The notes: generated by a model from the letters alone, not told the origin. Positions 29,628-41,741 are shown, counted from the stretch's first letter. The stretch is DNA of 64,000 nucleotides from Candidatus Heimdallarchaeum endolithica (GCA_021513715.1 CP084167.1:32001-96000); one strand, 5' to 3'. Numbers and translations: made by a program.

Positions 29628-29900
29628 CTTTTTCTACCTTGACCGCTTTTATTTTAATTTTGAAGTTAAGTTTAAAAGTTTTTTTAGAATAACCTTTCCG
29701 TTAGATAGACAAATAAAAGAAATAATATGAAGAAGAGATATTTAGAAAATTTATCCTTAGAATACTTTAGATTCGTATAAATATTACTAATCATACATTT
29801 ATAGTAATTTTAACTAAAAAGATAAAAATTAATAATAGATTCAATTCATATTATTGTTAACTAAATTAAAGTTTTAACATAATTCAAGCTTGGGGTAAAA

Positions 29901-30902
29901 ATGGAATTGCAAATGAGTAAAAACATTACTGAACTATCAAACAATCTTACTCTCTTAAAATATAAATTCCAAAACAAATTTGAAAGAGGAATTGGTTCTC
30001 CAAATAGCCTAATTGTTGAAGAAGATGATGAAATAGCGATAATAGATCCTGCAACTTGGACACACAATTTAAAGTTATTTTTGAAGTATAGAGATATAGA
30101 TAAAATTAAAGATAATTATTCAGTAAAAAAGATATTTTTGACCCATGAGCATTGGGATCATATATTATCTAGTAGTTTCTATCAAGAAAAACTTGGTTTT
30201 ACAATTTTGTGCCATAAACTAGAAAAAGATGCAGTTGAAAATGAAGAAATTCTTTTTACTCATATGTTTGACGATTACTCTATTTTAGAAAAAGAAATGA
30301 GAATATCTACAATATCTAAGAAAATTATAAAAAAAGCCATAACCTGGATGTGGGGACCGTATAAGCCTATGAAAGTTTCAAACACTCTAAAAGAAGGGGA
30401 TAGTTTTTTTGATAATCCGCAAATAAAAGTAATTGAGACTCCTAGCCATACTTTAGGTTCATTAAGTTTCTATATTCCTTCAGAAAAAATATTGTTTTCT
30501 GGAGATTTAATAGACTTAGAACTAGGTGTAGGACTAGATTTAAACAACCCCCATTCAAGTGTAAAGGCAGGATTGCGTTCTTTAGAGAAAATAAAAAAAC
30601 TTGATGTAGAAAAATTAATACCTGGACATGGAGAAATAGTAGAAGGAAAGAAAATAATACAAGACCTAATTGAAAAACGAATTCAAGAAACGAATTGTGT
30701 TTATAATAAGTTAATAGAACTCCTAGAAACAAGTCCTAAAACTTTAAGGAGTCTAATAATTGGAGTCTTTCCTGAAAGTAGATGGAAAATTAATGTTTAT
30801 TATTTACGTAAATATTTGATTTTTGCCTATCTGAATGAAATAAATAAAACAAAGGGTTTAAACATAGAGCAAAAGATGAATAAGACTCTAATTTCTTTAT
30901 AA
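29901..30902 (+). CDS. MBL-fold metallo-hydrolase
   Basis: THEHWDH, TPSHT, FSGD and PGHG motifs. Confidence 0.88.
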   Translation: MELQMSKNITELSNNLTLLKYKFQNKFERGIGSPNSLIVEEDDEIAIIDPATWTHNLKLFLKYRDIDKIKDNYSVKKIFLTHEHWDHILSSSFYQEKLGFTILCHKLEKDAVENEEILFTHMFDDYSILEKEMRISTISKKIIKKAITWMWGPYKPMKVSNTLKEGDSFFDNPQIKVIETPSHTLGSLSFYIPSEKILFSGDLIDLELGVGLDLNNPHSSVKAGLRSLEKIKKLDVEKLIPGHGEIVEGKKIIQDLIEKRIQETNCVYNKLIELLETSPKTLRSLIIGVFPESRWKINVYYLRKYLIFAYLNEINKTKGLNIEQKMNKTLISL

Positions 30903-30908
30903 GAAAAA

Positions 30909-33881
30909 TCAAAGAGGAACAAGGATATCGTACAAATTATTATCTCCTACTTTTTCTTTTAATAGTTCTTTTAATTTTTGATTAATATCACGATAAAAAT
31001 GGAGTTTCATTTCAGAACTTAATTGCCAAGTGTTCAACTCTTGATTTACAATTAAAATATTTTCTTTCATCCTTTTAATGGCATCTTCCATTGAAAAAAT
31101 TGATGAGAAAAGGATTCCTAGTTCTGAAATGTTTAGATTTATTGTGTTAGGTGTTAAATTTTGAACTTTTTGTAATAGTGAAAGAGTATATTTAAGTTCT
31201 GGAAAACTGATTAATTGTCCTTTCAATTCTTGGATTGTAAATTGTCCTATAATGTTAGCATCGATTAACTGTCTAAAAGGTTCAGTAAGTTCGTTGTATT
31301 CTCTAAAATAAGAAACGGTATAAAGATTTTCTAGTTGTTCTCTTATTTCCTTTGTAATAGTGTCTAATGATTTATTTGGTTCTTTATTTTTCAGAGCTAA
31401 ATTGATAGTAGAAGATAAATGAACAAGAGAATCTTGGATAACATCAACTTCTTCATTTTCAAGAAGTTTGATTTTAAGAATATCAAAAGGCAACTCTGGA
31501 AGAGCTATATAGAACTCTTCTTCAGTATCATTGTTATGTAATGAGTCATCTAGTAGAAACTCTCTAAAATAAAGAGAAAACTTTGATAATTGTCGTTTTA
31601 AGCTTTCACTTCCCACAAAAGCTTTTTTCCTTAAACCTAACTGTTGTTTTAAAATTTCTAATAAAGATGGTATCTCAATTTTATTAAAAACAACTTTATT
31701 TTTATCCAAAGAAGGAACCCATTTGTCTGAGGAGCCATATTCAACAGCTATTCTTCCTGCAGTAGTTGTTTCTGAAAATAATGCTTCCATTCCATAACTA
31801 AGAATTAAATTAGTTAGTGGAATATATGTAGCTTCACTTTTTCCAACTACTGCAATTCTGATAAAACCATATCCTGGGTAGATAGAATAATTTCTTACAA
31901 TTTCACGAAGATCATTATTTGTAATTAAGGATAATGTCATTGGATGTGTTAATTCTATGGTGTTTCCTACCATGAAAAAGTATCCTATTTCAAAAAAGTC
32001 TTGATATTTATTGAGAGGAGGAAGAAATCTAACAATATTATCGATTGTTATTATTAAAGGAGTTTCAACAAGCTGTAGAAGCTTCTTATATTTTATTTCT
32101 ACATCAAGTTCTTGGAAACGTTCTTCATTTAATGTTCTTATGAGAAAATCTAAAAATTCACAATTGTTAATGAAATACTTCTTATTTTTATAAGAAAAGA
32201 GAATTCCGTTTTCCAAATTATTGTTCTCAATTTCATCAATAACTGAAAGAAACTTGTCTATTGAAATTTCTTCTTCTTTTAGCGTTTTTTCCTGTTTTTT
32301 TAGACTTACAGCAATTACAAACTTATTGATGAAGTCTATATCCTTGTTTTTTTCTGCAAACTCTTCTAAGATTTTATAGTTTATTGAATATTTTACATTT
32401 GAAACGCTAAATGAGAATTTTTCATTTTCTTGATCAACTGAATCCCTGATTTTTGAGAAGTTTTTTGCCATTATTTTTCTATTTAATTCTATATAAGCTA
32501 TCATCTCTTTAAAAAACTGTAACTCATCTTCAAAAAAGGCATAATCTATATCGATATTGTTTACAGAATGTTTGGTTAGATTCTTTATTATCGAAATAAA
32601 GAAAGCTTTCATTCTGGTATCTTTCATTGATGCTTGTTCTACAATATCAAGTAAAATCTTAAGTTCTGGAGAGTTAGAACTCCTTTTTTCCATTTCAGAA
32701 AGGATTTCATGAGAAGTTAATTCTTTGCTTTTTTTCTCACCAAAAGTGTGTTGAATTGAGGATCTAGGATTGTAAGAATATCTGAGAATCTCTGATACTT
32801 TTTTTACTTTAAATCCTATATTACGAATTTCTTTGATCCAATTTCCTGTTTCTAGATCACTAGCAAATGAAAAAAGATTAAGAAATTTATCTTGACTAAG
32901 TTCTAAGATTGTTTTATTTTCAAGTTGTTCTGTGTCTATTGAATGTTGTTTATTTGCTTTATATAAGACATGAGCAAAATAAGCCATCACAGTTATACCA
33001 AAAGCTCGTTTTCTTTTTGAAAAAAGTGATTCTTCAGGATTTTCATTTAAAATTCGAATAAGTTCATTAGAAAAACTGTTCAATAGTCTAATGTTAAAAA
33101 ATTCATTATTTTTTTCTTGTTTTGCTTGACTTAAAGGAAAAATTGATGGAACCATGAAATTGTCTAATATTTGTAGTGATTCATTTTCCTCCTTTATTTT
33201 TCTGAATCTATCATAATTGTCCTTTATTTGAGAAGAAAAGCTACCCATAAAAAGTGATAGAGTTGGAAAAAATGGTTCTTCTTTCTTTGAGTTAATAATT
33301 GAAAGTAGCACTTCTGTCTCAGAAACAAAAGAGTTGAGCATTTTTAGAATGATTAACGTTCGAGAATCAATTTCTCTTGTATCTACTGATACACCAATAT
33401 GCAATGAAGATTTAAGGAAAGATTCTATTTCATTCATCATACTGTTTATAAGTTCACGTAATTTTGTTCCATCATCTTCAATTGATCTTAATGTAGGATT
33501 AAACAAACATTTTCTATACATTACAGCAGCTAAATTTTGCCAATCTTCAAATTCTTCAATATTTTTCTCAAGAACAGATAGAAAGGTATTAAGAAATTCT
33601 TCACCATAAAAACTGAATTTAGGAATGTTAAAAAGATGACTGAAAATCTCATTAGTATTGAATTTTTTCAATCGTTTATCTTTTTCTGAAGTTTCTTCCT
33701 TCTCTTCTTTTTTTCCTCCCTTACTTGATAAAACTTGCTTAATAATTTCTCTTGCTGGTTCTTGTGCTTTGTTTCTACTTAGCCCATAAGTACGAATAAG
33801 ATAGGTTACTACTAACCCAAAAGCGTCATCTCCATTTTCAATGATGTTTTCTTTAAGTTCATCAGTAATAAAGTAACTCAT
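30909..33881 (-). CDS. Large hypothetical protein (990 aa)
   Basis: Long uninterrupted ORF; no motif recognised. Confidence 0.7.
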   Translation of the reverse strand: MSYFITDELKENIIENGDDAFGLVVTYLIRTYGLSRNKAQEPAREIIKQVLSSKGGKKEEKEETSEKDKRLKKFNTNEIFSHLFNIPKFSFYGEEFLNTFLSVLEKNIEEFEDWQNLAAVMYRKCLFNPTLRSIEDDGTKLRELINSMMNEIESFLKSSLHIGVSVDTREIDSRTLIILKMLNSFVSETEVLLSIINSKKEEPFFPTLSLFMGSFSSQIKDNYDRFRKIKEENESLQILDNFMVPSIFPLSQAKQEKNNEFFNIRLLNSFSNELIRILNENPEESLFSKRKRAFGITVMAYFAHVLYKANKQHSIDTEQLENKTILELSQDKFLNLFSFASDLETGNWIKEIRNIGFKVKKVSEILRYSYNPRSSIQHTFGEKKSKELTSHEILSEMEKRSSNSPELKILLDIVEQASMKDTRMKAFFISIIKNLTKHSVNNIDIDYAFFEDELQFFKEMIAYIELNRKIMAKNFSKIRDSVDQENEKFSFSVSNVKYSINYKILEEFAEKNKDIDFINKFVIAVSLKKQEKTLKEEEISIDKFLSVIDEIENNNLENGILFSYKNKKYFINNCEFLDFLIRTLNEERFQELDVEIKYKKLLQLVETPLIITIDNIVRFLPPLNKYQDFFEIGYFFMVGNTIELTHPMTLSLITNNDLREIVRNYSIYPGYGFIRIAVVGKSEATYIPLTNLILSYGMEALFSETTTAGRIAVEYGSSDKWVPSLDKNKVVFNKIEIPSLLEILKQQLGLRKKAFVGSESLKRQLSKFSLYFREFLLDDSLHNNDTEEEFYIALPELPFDILKIKLLENEEVDVIQDSLVHLSSTINLALKNKEPNKSLDTITKEIREQLENLYTVSYFREYNELTEPFRQLIDANIIGQFTIQELKGQLISFPELKYTLSLLQKVQNLTPNTINLNISELGILFSSIFSMEDAIKRMKENILIVNQELNTWQLSSEMKLHFYRDINQKLKELLKEKVGDNNLYDILVPL

Positions 33882-33934
33882 TGTCTAACTTTACAAAAAA
33901 AGACTTTCCTTTAAAATCTATTGATTCTCTAAGA

Positions 33935-34068
33935 AAGCATGTCCAAACATTAATTTAATCAATGTGGGAGGTTGTGTTGGTTGGAAATAAGTCTTCTTTC
34001 CTAATATTAAAACCGCCAAAAGGTAAGAGAGTTCTTAAAGGTTAATAAACCTTCCTTAGAGCACTGGT
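33935..34068 (+). mobile_element. IS5-family left-end remnant (variant)
   Basis: Begins AAGCATGTCCAAACATTAAT, resembles the IS left end from 12611 onward, and stops after ~135 bp. Confidence 0.8.
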
Positions 34069-34263
34069 CGTAGTGTCTAGTTTTTAGTTTTTTTAAAAAG
34101 ATGTTCTCGTCGATTAAAATTTCTTCAAACAAAAATATTATGACCTTTCATAGTGTATTTCGTGGAGAAAGTTTATTAATCATCCACCCTTTAGTTTAAT
34201 TAAAAAAAAGTGTAACCCCTCTATGTGGAGTTATCATTAGTTAATTGAAAAGAAGGAGTTTTT

Positions 34264-37200
34264 ATGATAAAAAAAAAGAATAAAAAAATTCTATTTGTAT
34301 TGATGCTGACATTATTATTAAATTCCATTGCAACTAAAATGGATAAACACGAAGAATTACTTTTTCAACCTAATGTGAACTCTTCGATTAACAACATTAG
34401 AGATGTCACCTTATCCCTTAGTGAACACGAAACAATACAAATATCTTCAGATAGTGATTTCAGTGCTTTTCCTGGTTCAGGAACAGAGGAAGATCCCTAT
34501 ATTATTGAAGGATACAACATTACAACTGATGCAGATAATGGTATTCATATCCAAGACACTACAAAATACTTTATTATACGCAATTGTTATATAGATGCTT
34601 ATAAACGAGGAGTTTATATTTCAAATGTTGCCAACAATACAGCAAAAATCATTAACAATACTATAACAAACAATAACTACGATGGAATATACTTGCGTTA
34701 TTCTGATTTTGCTACTATTACTAATAATACTATAACAAATAATGGGCAAGGAATATACTTGGGGGATTCTGTTAATGCTACTATTACTGGTAACACTCTA
34801 ATAAACAATAACGGGAATGGAATACAAGTGGCTTGGTCTTCTAATTTTGCTACTATTACTTGTAATACTCTAACAAACAATACCGGGGATGGAATATACT
34901 TGGAATATTCTTCTGATTTTGCTACTATTACTTGTAATACTATAACAAACAATACCGGGGATGGAATATATTTATATTCTTCTGATTTTGCTACTATTAC
35001 TTGTAATACTATAACAAACAATAACGAGTATGGAGGAATATACTTGTATGGAGGAATAAACATAGGTTGGTCTGATTTTGCTACTATTACTTGTAATACT
35101 ATAACAAACAATAACTGGGTTGGAATACACTTGGCGGGTTCTTCTAATGCTACTATTACTTGTAATACTATAACAAATAATGACTACGATGGAATATACT
35201 TGGAATATTCTTCTGCTAATGCTAATATTACTTGTAATACTATAACAAATAACGGGAATGGAATATACTTGTATTATTCTTCTGATTTTGCTACTATTAC
35301 TTGTAATACTATAACAAATAACGGGAAGGGAATATTCTTGCGTTCTTCTGATTATGCTTCTATTACCGACAATACTATAATAGACAATAACGACGATGGA
35401 ATATACTTGTATTCTTCTGATTATGCTACTATTACTTGTAATACTATAACAAATAACGGGAAGGGAATATTCTTGCGTTCTTCTGATTATGCTTCTATTA
35501 CCGACAATACTATAATAGACAATAACGACGATGGAATATACTTGGAGGGTTCTGCTAATGCTACTATTACTTGTAATACTATAACAAACAATAACTACGA
35601 TGGAATACACTTGGAGGATTCTGCTAATGCTACTATTACTTGTAATACTATAACAAACAATACTATAACGGACAATGACGGGGTTGGAATAGGTTTGTAT
35701 TATTCTGCTAATGCTACTATTACTGATAATATCTTTATTAATGATGGACTGCTTATTTATAGCGATGAAATTAGTTTTTATTCCTCTTTAACTGTAGAGG
35801 ACAACTTGGTAAATGGAAAACCTTTAGGCTATTTTTTCAATGCTTCTAATATGGTTATTGATCAATCGGATTACTATGGTCAGCTTATTCTAATTAACTG
35901 TTCTCATCTTACCATTGCTAACCAAAACTTGAGTTATACTGATATTGGTCTATTTGGATTGTATTGCAACTATCTAAATATTACCTATAATATTATAACA
36001 AATAACAGGTATGGAATAGATTTGTGGTATTCTTCTTCTGCTACTATTACTTGTAATACTATAACAAACAATGACTGGGAGGGAATAGGTTTGTGGTATT
36101 CTTCTTCTGCTACTATTACTTGTAATACTATAACAGACAATAACTGGGAGGGAATACACTTGGAATATTCTTCTTCTTCTGCTATTATTACTTGTAATAC
36201 TATAACAGACAATAAAGACGAGGGAATAGGTTTGTATTCTTCTGCTAATGCTACTATTACTAATAATACTATAACAAACAATAACTACGATGGAATATAC
36301 TTGGAGGGTTCTGCTAATGCTACTATTACTTGTAATACTATAACAAATAATGACTACGATGGAATACACTTGGCGGGTTCTGCTAACGCTACTATTACTT
36401 GTAATACTATAACAAACAATAACTACGATGGAATAAAGTTGCATTCTTCTGCTAATGCTACTATTGTAATGAATTTAATTTTGAACAATACGGAATATGG
36501 AATATACTTGTATTACTCTTCTGATTTTGCTACTATTACTTGTAATACTATAACAAACAATGACTGGGAGGGAATATTCTTGCGTTCTTCTGATTATGCT
36601 TCTATTACCAACAATACTATAACAAACAATAACTACGATGGAATATACTTGGAGGGTTCTGCTAATGCTACTATTACTTGTAATACTATAACAAACAATA
36701 ACTACGATGGAATACACTTGGAGGGTTCTGCTAATGCTACTATTGTAATGAATTTAATTATGAACAATACGGAATATGGAATATACTTGTATTCTTCTGC
36801 TAATGCTAATATTTACTCTAATTTTTTTATAGATAACAATTTTCAAGGATCCTCTCAAGCTTATGATTCTGGTCAAGAAAACATATGGTATAACAATACA
36901 ACACAAATAGGTAATTATTGGTCTGATTGGAATGGCATAGGTTCTTATCCTATTGATGGTTATAGCAACTCTGTTGACCTTTATCCTATTAATGATACTG
37001 ATAGTGACGGAATTGATGATGGAGAAGAAGTTAATACTTACGGTACTGATCCTTTAGATTCTGATACTGATGGTGACGGAATTGATGATGGAGAAGAAGT
37101 TAATGCTTATAGTACTGATCCTTTAGATTCTGATACTGATAGTGACGGAATTGATGATGGAGAAGAAGTTAATACTTATGTTACTAACCCTCTCAAAACT

Positions 37201-39363
37201 GATACTGATGATGATGGAATTGATGATGGAGAAGAGGTTTACACTTATATTACCGATCCTTTAGATTCTGATACTGACAGCGATGGTATGCCTGATGGTT
37301 GGGAAGTAGAGAACAGTTTGGATCCTCTAGCTGATGACTCTTCTTCTGACCCTGATTCTGATGGTTTAACTAATTTAGAAGAATATTCAAACTCCACCAA
37401 CCCTAATGATTCTGATACTGATAGTGACGGAATTGATGATGGAGAAGAAGTTAATGCTTATAGTACTGATCCTTTAGATTCTGATACTGATAGTGACGGA
37501 ATTGATGATGGAGAAGAAGTTAATACTTATGTTACTAACCCTCTCAAAACTGATACTGATGATGATGGAATTGATGATGGAGAAGAGGTTTACACTTATA
37601 TTACCGATCCTTTAGATTCTGATACTGACAGCGATGGTATGCCTGATGGTTGGGAAGTAGAGAACAGTTTGGATCCTCTAACTGATGACTCTTCTTCTGA
37701 CCCTGATTCTGATGGTTTAACTAATTTAGAAGAATATCAAGCTGGTACTGATCCTTTAGATTCTGATACTGATGCAGATGGTTTATCTGATAGTGACGAA
37801 GTTACCACTTACAATACTGACCCTAATGATTCTGACACTGACGGTGATGGTATGCCTGATGGTTGGGAAGTAGAGAACAGTTTGGATCCTCTAACTGATG
37901 ACTCTTCTTCTGACCCTGATTCTGATGGTTTAACTAATTTAGAAGAATATCAAGCTGGTACTGATCCTTTAGATTCTGATACTGATGCAGATGGTTTATC
38001 TGATAGTGACGAAGTTACCACTTACAATACCGACCCTAATGATTCTGACACTGACGGTGATGGTATACCTGATGGTTGGGAAGTAGAGAACAGTTTGGAT
38101 CCTCTAACTGATGACTCTTCTTCTGACCCTGATTTTGATGGTTTAACTAATTTAGAAGAATATCTATCAAATACCGACCCTAATGATTCTGACACTGATG
38201 GTGACGGAATTGATGATGGCGACGAAGTTAATACTTATGGTACTGACCCTACATTGTCTGATACTGACAGCGATGGTATACCTGATGGTTGGGAAGTAGA
38301 GAATGATTTAGACCCCTTAACTGATGATTCTGCAGAGGATCCTGATTCTGATGGTTTAACTAATTTAGAAGAATATCTATCAAATACCGACCCTAATGAT
38401 TCTGACACTGATGCAGATGGTTTATCTGATAGTGACGAAGTTACCACTTACAATACTGACCCTAATGATTCTGATACTGATAGTGATAGTATACCTGATG
38501 GTTGGGAAGTAGAGAACAGTTTGGATCCTCTAACTGATGACTCTTCTTCTGACCCTGATTTTGATGGTTTAACTAACTTAGAAGAATATCAAGCTGGTAC
38601 TGATCCTTTAGATTCTGATACTGATGCAGATGGTTTATCTGATAGTGACGAAGTTACCACTTACAATACTGACCCTAATGATTCTGACACTGACGGTGAT
38701 GGTATACCTGATGGTTGGGAAGTAGAGAACAGTTTGGATCCTCTAACTGATGACTCTTCTTCTGACCCTGATTCTGATGGTTTAACTAATTTAGAAGAAT
38801 ATCAAGCTGGTACTGATCCTTTAGATTCTGATACTGATGCAGATGGTTTATCTGATAGTGACGAAGTTACCACTTACAATACTGACCCTAATGATTCTGA
38901 CACTGACGGTGATGGTATACCTGATGGTTGGGAAGTAGAGAACAGTTTGGATCCTCTAACTGATGACTCTTCTTCTGACCCTGATTTTGATGGTTTAACT
39001 AATTTAGAAGAATATCTATCAAATACCGACCCTAATGATTCTGACACTGATGGTGACGGAATTGATGATGGCGACGAAGTTAATACTTATGGTACTGACC
39101 CTACATTGTCTGACACTGATGGTGATGGTATGCCTGATGGTTGGGAAGTAGAGAATGATTTAGACCCCTTAACTGATGATTCTGCAGAGGATCCTGATGG
39201 TGATGGTTTAACTAATTTAGAAGAGTATCAAGCAAGTACAGACCCCCAAATACCTAATACTCAGGGTAAAAAAATAAATACAACTGCTATTATTGTTATT
39301 GCTTCAGTTTTTGGTGCTGTTAGTATTGGAGGATTAGTTTTTCTATTTATTCGACGAAGATAG
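34264..39363 (+). CDS. Large membrane-anchored surface protein: NosD/CASH right-handed beta-helix repeats, TSP3-like DxDxDG Ca-binding repeats and a C-terminal TM anchor
   Basis: Signal peptide; [13 protein letters not shown] cap; 22-23-aa [20 protein letters not shown] coils; DTDxDGxxDGxE repeats; TM helix followed by RRR. Confidence 0.92.
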   Translation: MIKKKNKKILFVLMLTLLLNSIATKMDKHEELLFQPNVNSSINNIRDVTLSLSEHETIQISSDSDFSAFPGSGTEEDPYIIEGYNITTDADNGIHIQDTTKYFIIRNCYIDAYKRGVYISNVANNTAKIINNTITNNNYDGIYLRYSDFATITNNTITNNGQGIYLGDSVNATITGNTLINNNGNGIQVAWSSNFATITCNTLTNNTGDGIYLEYSSDFATITCNTITNNTGDGIYLYSSDFATITCNTITNNNEYGGIYLYGGINIGWSDFATITCNTITNNNWVGIHLAGSSNATITCNTITNNDYDGIYLEYSSANANITCNTITNNGNGIYLYYSSDFATITCNTITNNGKGIFLRSSDYASITDNTIIDNNDDGIYLYSSDYATITCNTITNNGKGIFLRSSDYASITDNTIIDNNDDGIYLEGSANATITCNTITNNNYDGIHLEDSANATITCNTITNNTITDNDGVGIGLYYSANATITDNIFINDGLLIYSDEISFYSSLTVEDNLVNGKPLGYFFNASNMVIDQSDYYGQLILINCSHLTIANQNLSYTDIGLFGLYCNYLNITYNIITNNRYGIDLWYSSSATITCNTITNNDWEGIGLWYSSSATITCNTITDNNWEGIHLEYSSSSAIITCNTITDNKDEGIGLYSSANATITNNTITNNNYDGIYLEGSANATITCNTITNNDYDGIHLAGSANATITCNTITNNNYDGIKLHSSANATIVMNLILNNTEYGIYLYYSSDFATITCNTITNNDWEGIFLRSSDYASITNNTITNNNYDGIYLEGSANATITCNTITNNNYDGIHLEGSANATIVMNLIMNNTEYGIYLYSSANANIYSNFFIDNNFQGSSQAYDSGQENIWYNNTTQIGNYWSDWNGIGSYPIDGYSNSVDLYPINDTDSDGIDDGEEVNTYGTDPLDSDTDGDGIDDGEEVNAYSTDPLDSDTDSDGIDDGEEVNTYVTNPLKTDTDDDGIDDGEEVYTYITDPLDSDTDSDGMPDGWEVENSLDPLADDSSSDPDSDGLTNLEEYSNSTNPNDSDTDSDGIDDGEEVNAYSTDPLDSDTDSDGIDDGEEVNTYVTNPLKTDTDDDGIDDGEEVYTYITDPLDSDTDSDGMPDGWEVENSLDPLTDDSSSDPDSDGLTNLEEYQAGTDPLDSDTDADGLSDSDEVTTYNTDPNDSDTDGDGMPDGWEVENSLDPLTDDSSSDPDSDGLTNLEEYQAGTDPLDSDTDADGLSDSDEVTTYNTDPNDSDTDGDGIPDGWEVENSLDPLTDDSSSDPDFDGLTNLEEYLSNTDPNDSDTDGDGIDDGDEVNTYGTDPTLSDTDSDGIPDGWEVENDLDPLTDDSAEDPDSDGLTNLEEYLSNTDPNDSDTDADGLSDSDEVTTYNTDPNDSDTDSDSIPDGWEVENSLDPLTDDSSSDPDFDGLTNLEEYQAGTDPLDSDTDADGLSDSDEVTTYNTDPNDSDTDGDGIPDGWEVENSLDPLTDDSSSDPDSDGLTNLEEYQAGTDPLDSDTDADGLSDSDEVTTYNTDPNDSDTDGDGIPDGWEVENSLDPLTDDSSSDPDFDGLTNLEEYLSNTDPNDSDTDGDGIDDGDEVNTYGTDPTLSDTDGDGMPDGWEVENDLDPLTDDSAEDPDGDGLTNLEEYQASTDPQIPNTQGKKINTTAIIVIASVFGAVSIGGLVFLFIRRR
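34660..36830 (+). repeat. Intragenic ~66-69-bp tandem repeats (beta-helix coils) in two blocks
   Basis: The core GCTACTATTACTTGTAATACTATAACAAACAAT recurs, and some multi-unit duplications are near exact. Confidence 0.9.
36990..39245 (+). repeat. Intragenic TSP3-like tandem repeats (a 351-bp duplication, then 213-bp units)
   Basis: GGTTGGGAAGTAGAG occurs at 37297, 37648, 37861, 38074, 38287, 38500, 38713, 38926 and 39139. Confidence 0.92.
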
Positions 39364-39524
39364 CCCATTTTTCTATTTTTGTAATTTTTTTCTTTTCTCT
39401 TTTTCATTATCTGAGACTATTTCTTACTTTTTATTATCAACTTTTTCTTTACTGATTTTTTATTGTGGAGAATCAAGAAGAGCATTTCTTTTAGGAGGAA
39501 TGACAAGAATGAGAGCAGGTTTTT

Positions 39525-39783
39525 ATCTCTCTCAACTTCCTCAATCCAAGCTATTCCCTCTATCCTTGCAATCGCTACCAGAGTTACTATTACCCACCTC
39601 TCTGCTATCCTCTTCCTATCTCTCTTACCAGTTCTCGAAGGTTTTTTTACAAGTGCTCTAAGGGGGGTTCATTAACCTTTAATAACTCTCTTCCCTTGTG
39701 GGTTTTCTAATATTAGGAAAGAAGATATTCTTCCAACCAACACAATCCCCTACATTAATAAGAATTAATTTTCGGATATGCTT
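39525..39783 (-). mobile_element. IS5-family left-end remnant (variant) with decayed transposase 5' sequence
   Basis: The reverse complement starts AAGCATATCCGAAAATTAAT and encodes remnants of RKRIAERWVI..IARIEGIAW. Confidence 0.8.
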
Positions 39784-39789
39784 TCTAAG

Positions 39790-40797
39790 AAGCATGTCTT
39801 AAAATTCCTTTTCACCTGCTAAACGGTACGAAGGAGTAAAAGGTAGTTGTAACAGAGGAGAAAACTGTAAAGAGTAGAAAGAATAGTAGAAGGTAAAAGA
39901 TCAAGGATGGGGGAAGAGAGAGTTTGAGGAGACTAAACCAAAGACATGTTCAACACTACTACGATACTCGGGTGGTGATTATGGTGATAGAGATCAGGGT
40001 AGAGACGATGAGCTTGAACTATTGATCCAAGAGGAGGAGAGGGATAACGAGCATTACTTTTTTGGGGAATAACAGGAAAAAAGGAATGTTGGCTAAGAAG
40101 ACCGACGATATTTTCTGTCAAGTAGGGGTAGTCACCATAAAATCTCAAAAAAGGTCTCAAGAGTGCAGGAGGAAGTTTCTGCCATAGCAAACCGAAGACT
40201 TTACTATCGTAAGTGTTACTATTAGAATGAGCTAGGGAGACTATTGCTCTGGAGGGTAAACCAATAATAAGGTGTATGTTCCAGAAAATTTTGGCGGTTT
40301 TCTTTAGTGACCCTCTTAACCACTTGAGAAAACGCCAAACAGAAGCTTAACGAATTTTAAACCCTGAACTGTCCACCGATATTGCTTTCAACCCTTTTTT
40401 TCTCACTATTTCGCCCCTTAAATCTATTATCCTCTGCTCTAAGATTTTACTTTCTGTTGCTCTCCACACTGCATGAAAAGTAGATTTAGAAGGAATATTC
40501 CTCATCCACCCCTCTTCTATCAAAAAAGCGCATAGAGACAACTTTTCCTCTAACTTCCTCCAAGCTATCCCTTCTATTCTTGCAATGATTGTTATTGCTA
40601 ATATTACCCATCTTTCTTTCTGCTATTCTCTTTCTCCCTCTCTTACTTTCTCTCGTTTCCTCTTTCACCAGTTTCTTAAGGAAAGGTTCATTAATGATTA
40701 TGAATTCTATTACTTTGTGGGGGTCTAAAATCTGGAAATGTGTCATACTTCCGACATAAACCCCCACATTAATAAAAATTAATTTTTGGACATGCTT
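39790..40797 (-). mobile_element. Full-length but inactivated copy of the IS5-family element
   Basis: Both IRs are present (one mutated). The transposase is split by stops and frameshifts into ORFs 40486..40767, 40347..40541 and 39933..40190. Confidence 0.9.
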
Positions 40798-40874
40798 TAA
40801 ACTATAAATAAACTAGTTAAAATTTTTAAAATTACTATTATCTAGAGTACTACAGAAAGAAAAAAGTAGAAAAA

Positions 40875-41741
40875 CTAATCAATCTTTTTCCCACAATTTA
40901 TACAAAACTTTGAATCAGGAGAATTTTTTGTTCCACAATAAGGACAAAATTCTGATTTATCTTTAAGTTTTGAAGTAGTTTTAGTTTCATATAATGGTCT
41001 TGAATAGGAATAAGACGTATATTGTGGCACTTTGTGAAGAGATGAAATTTGAGCATTATTTGCTACAAAAAACATGCTTATAATAAACAATAATTTAATT
41101 ATTAAAGCTAGAAACTGAAAAATAGAATAAAATATGTTTGTATAAATAGTCACTGGAGAAATATGTAATATGTTTAAGATTGATATTACAATATCAATTA
41201 TCAACGACATAATTTTGATAATTACATAAATGAAAATTGGCCATATAACTACTCTATACTCCATTCCTTGATTCATCTTATTTATTGAAAGGACAAAGAA
41301 AATATTAAGAAAAATTATACATATCAGTAATAAAATGTAAAATATCAAATAGAATATTATTAAGAATTCTGAATACATTATTAGGAATTGGCTTAAAAAT
41401 AGTCCAATGTTAAATAATGTTAGTATTATTGCTAAAATAGTGAATAAACCAAACATAAAACTTTCTTTACTTTTTTCTATTTTTTCTATAGATCTATTTA
41501 GATAAAGAAAAGAGAAATAAAGTGGAAGTGTTAACAAGGAAGATAAAATGGCTCCTAATGCATTAATCCATAAATATTCATAATTTGTACTATTTCTTAT
41601 ATAGCTCAATTCAATAAAAAAGAAAACATAACTAACAATTAGAATTACAAGAAAAGAGATTCCAATATATCTAAAACCAAGTTTTATTTCTCTTACAACA
41701 TTTTTTTCATTTTCCATAACTGCTGAACTAACTTTCTCCAT
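40875..41741 (-). CDS. Membrane protein with a C-terminal double zinc ribbon (paralog A)
   Basis: About six TM helices; CPYCGTKNSPDSKFCINCG. Confidence 0.85.
   Translation of the reverse strand: MEKVSSAVMENEKNVVREIKLGFRYIGISFLVILIVSYVFFFIELSYIRNSTNYEYLWINALGAILSSLLTLPLYFSFLYLNRSIEKIEKSKESFMFGLFTILAIILTLFNIGLFLSQFLIMYSEFLIIFYLIFYILLLICIIFLNIFFVLSINKMNQGMEYRVVIWPIFIYVIIKIMSLIIDIVISILNILHISPVTIYTNIFYSIFQFLALIIKLLFIISMFFVANNAQISSLHKVPQYTSYSYSRPLYETKTTSKLKDKSEFCPYCGTKNSPDSKFCINCGKKID

Larger units (their letters stand above)
33935..39783. mobile_element. Putative non-autonomous composite/cargo transposon carrying the surface protein gene
   Basis: Two inverted IS left ends with ~135 bp of mutual similarity, flanked by the direct repeat TCTAAGA (33928-34 and 39784-90). 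Confidence 0.6.

Noticed and set aside
34660-36830. Diversity-generating retroelement TR/VR pair
   Set aside because: There is no reverse transcriptase in the window and the variation is not confined to adenines.
34698-38447. Antisense ORFs over the surface-protein gene (e.g. 34972..35610, 35974..36444, 38235..38447)
   Set aside because: They are shadows of repetitive coding sequence.
34660-39245. Regular repeats as a possible CRISPR array
   Set aside because: The units are in-frame multiples of 3 inside one ORF, have no unique spacers, and no cas genes are present.
39463-39675. 70-aa plus-strand ORF
   Set aside because: It is antisense to the decayed transposase remnant.
33935-40797. A larger composite element ending at the far IR of the decayed IS
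   Set aside because: The flanks (TCTAAGA vs TAAACTA) do not form a direct repeat.
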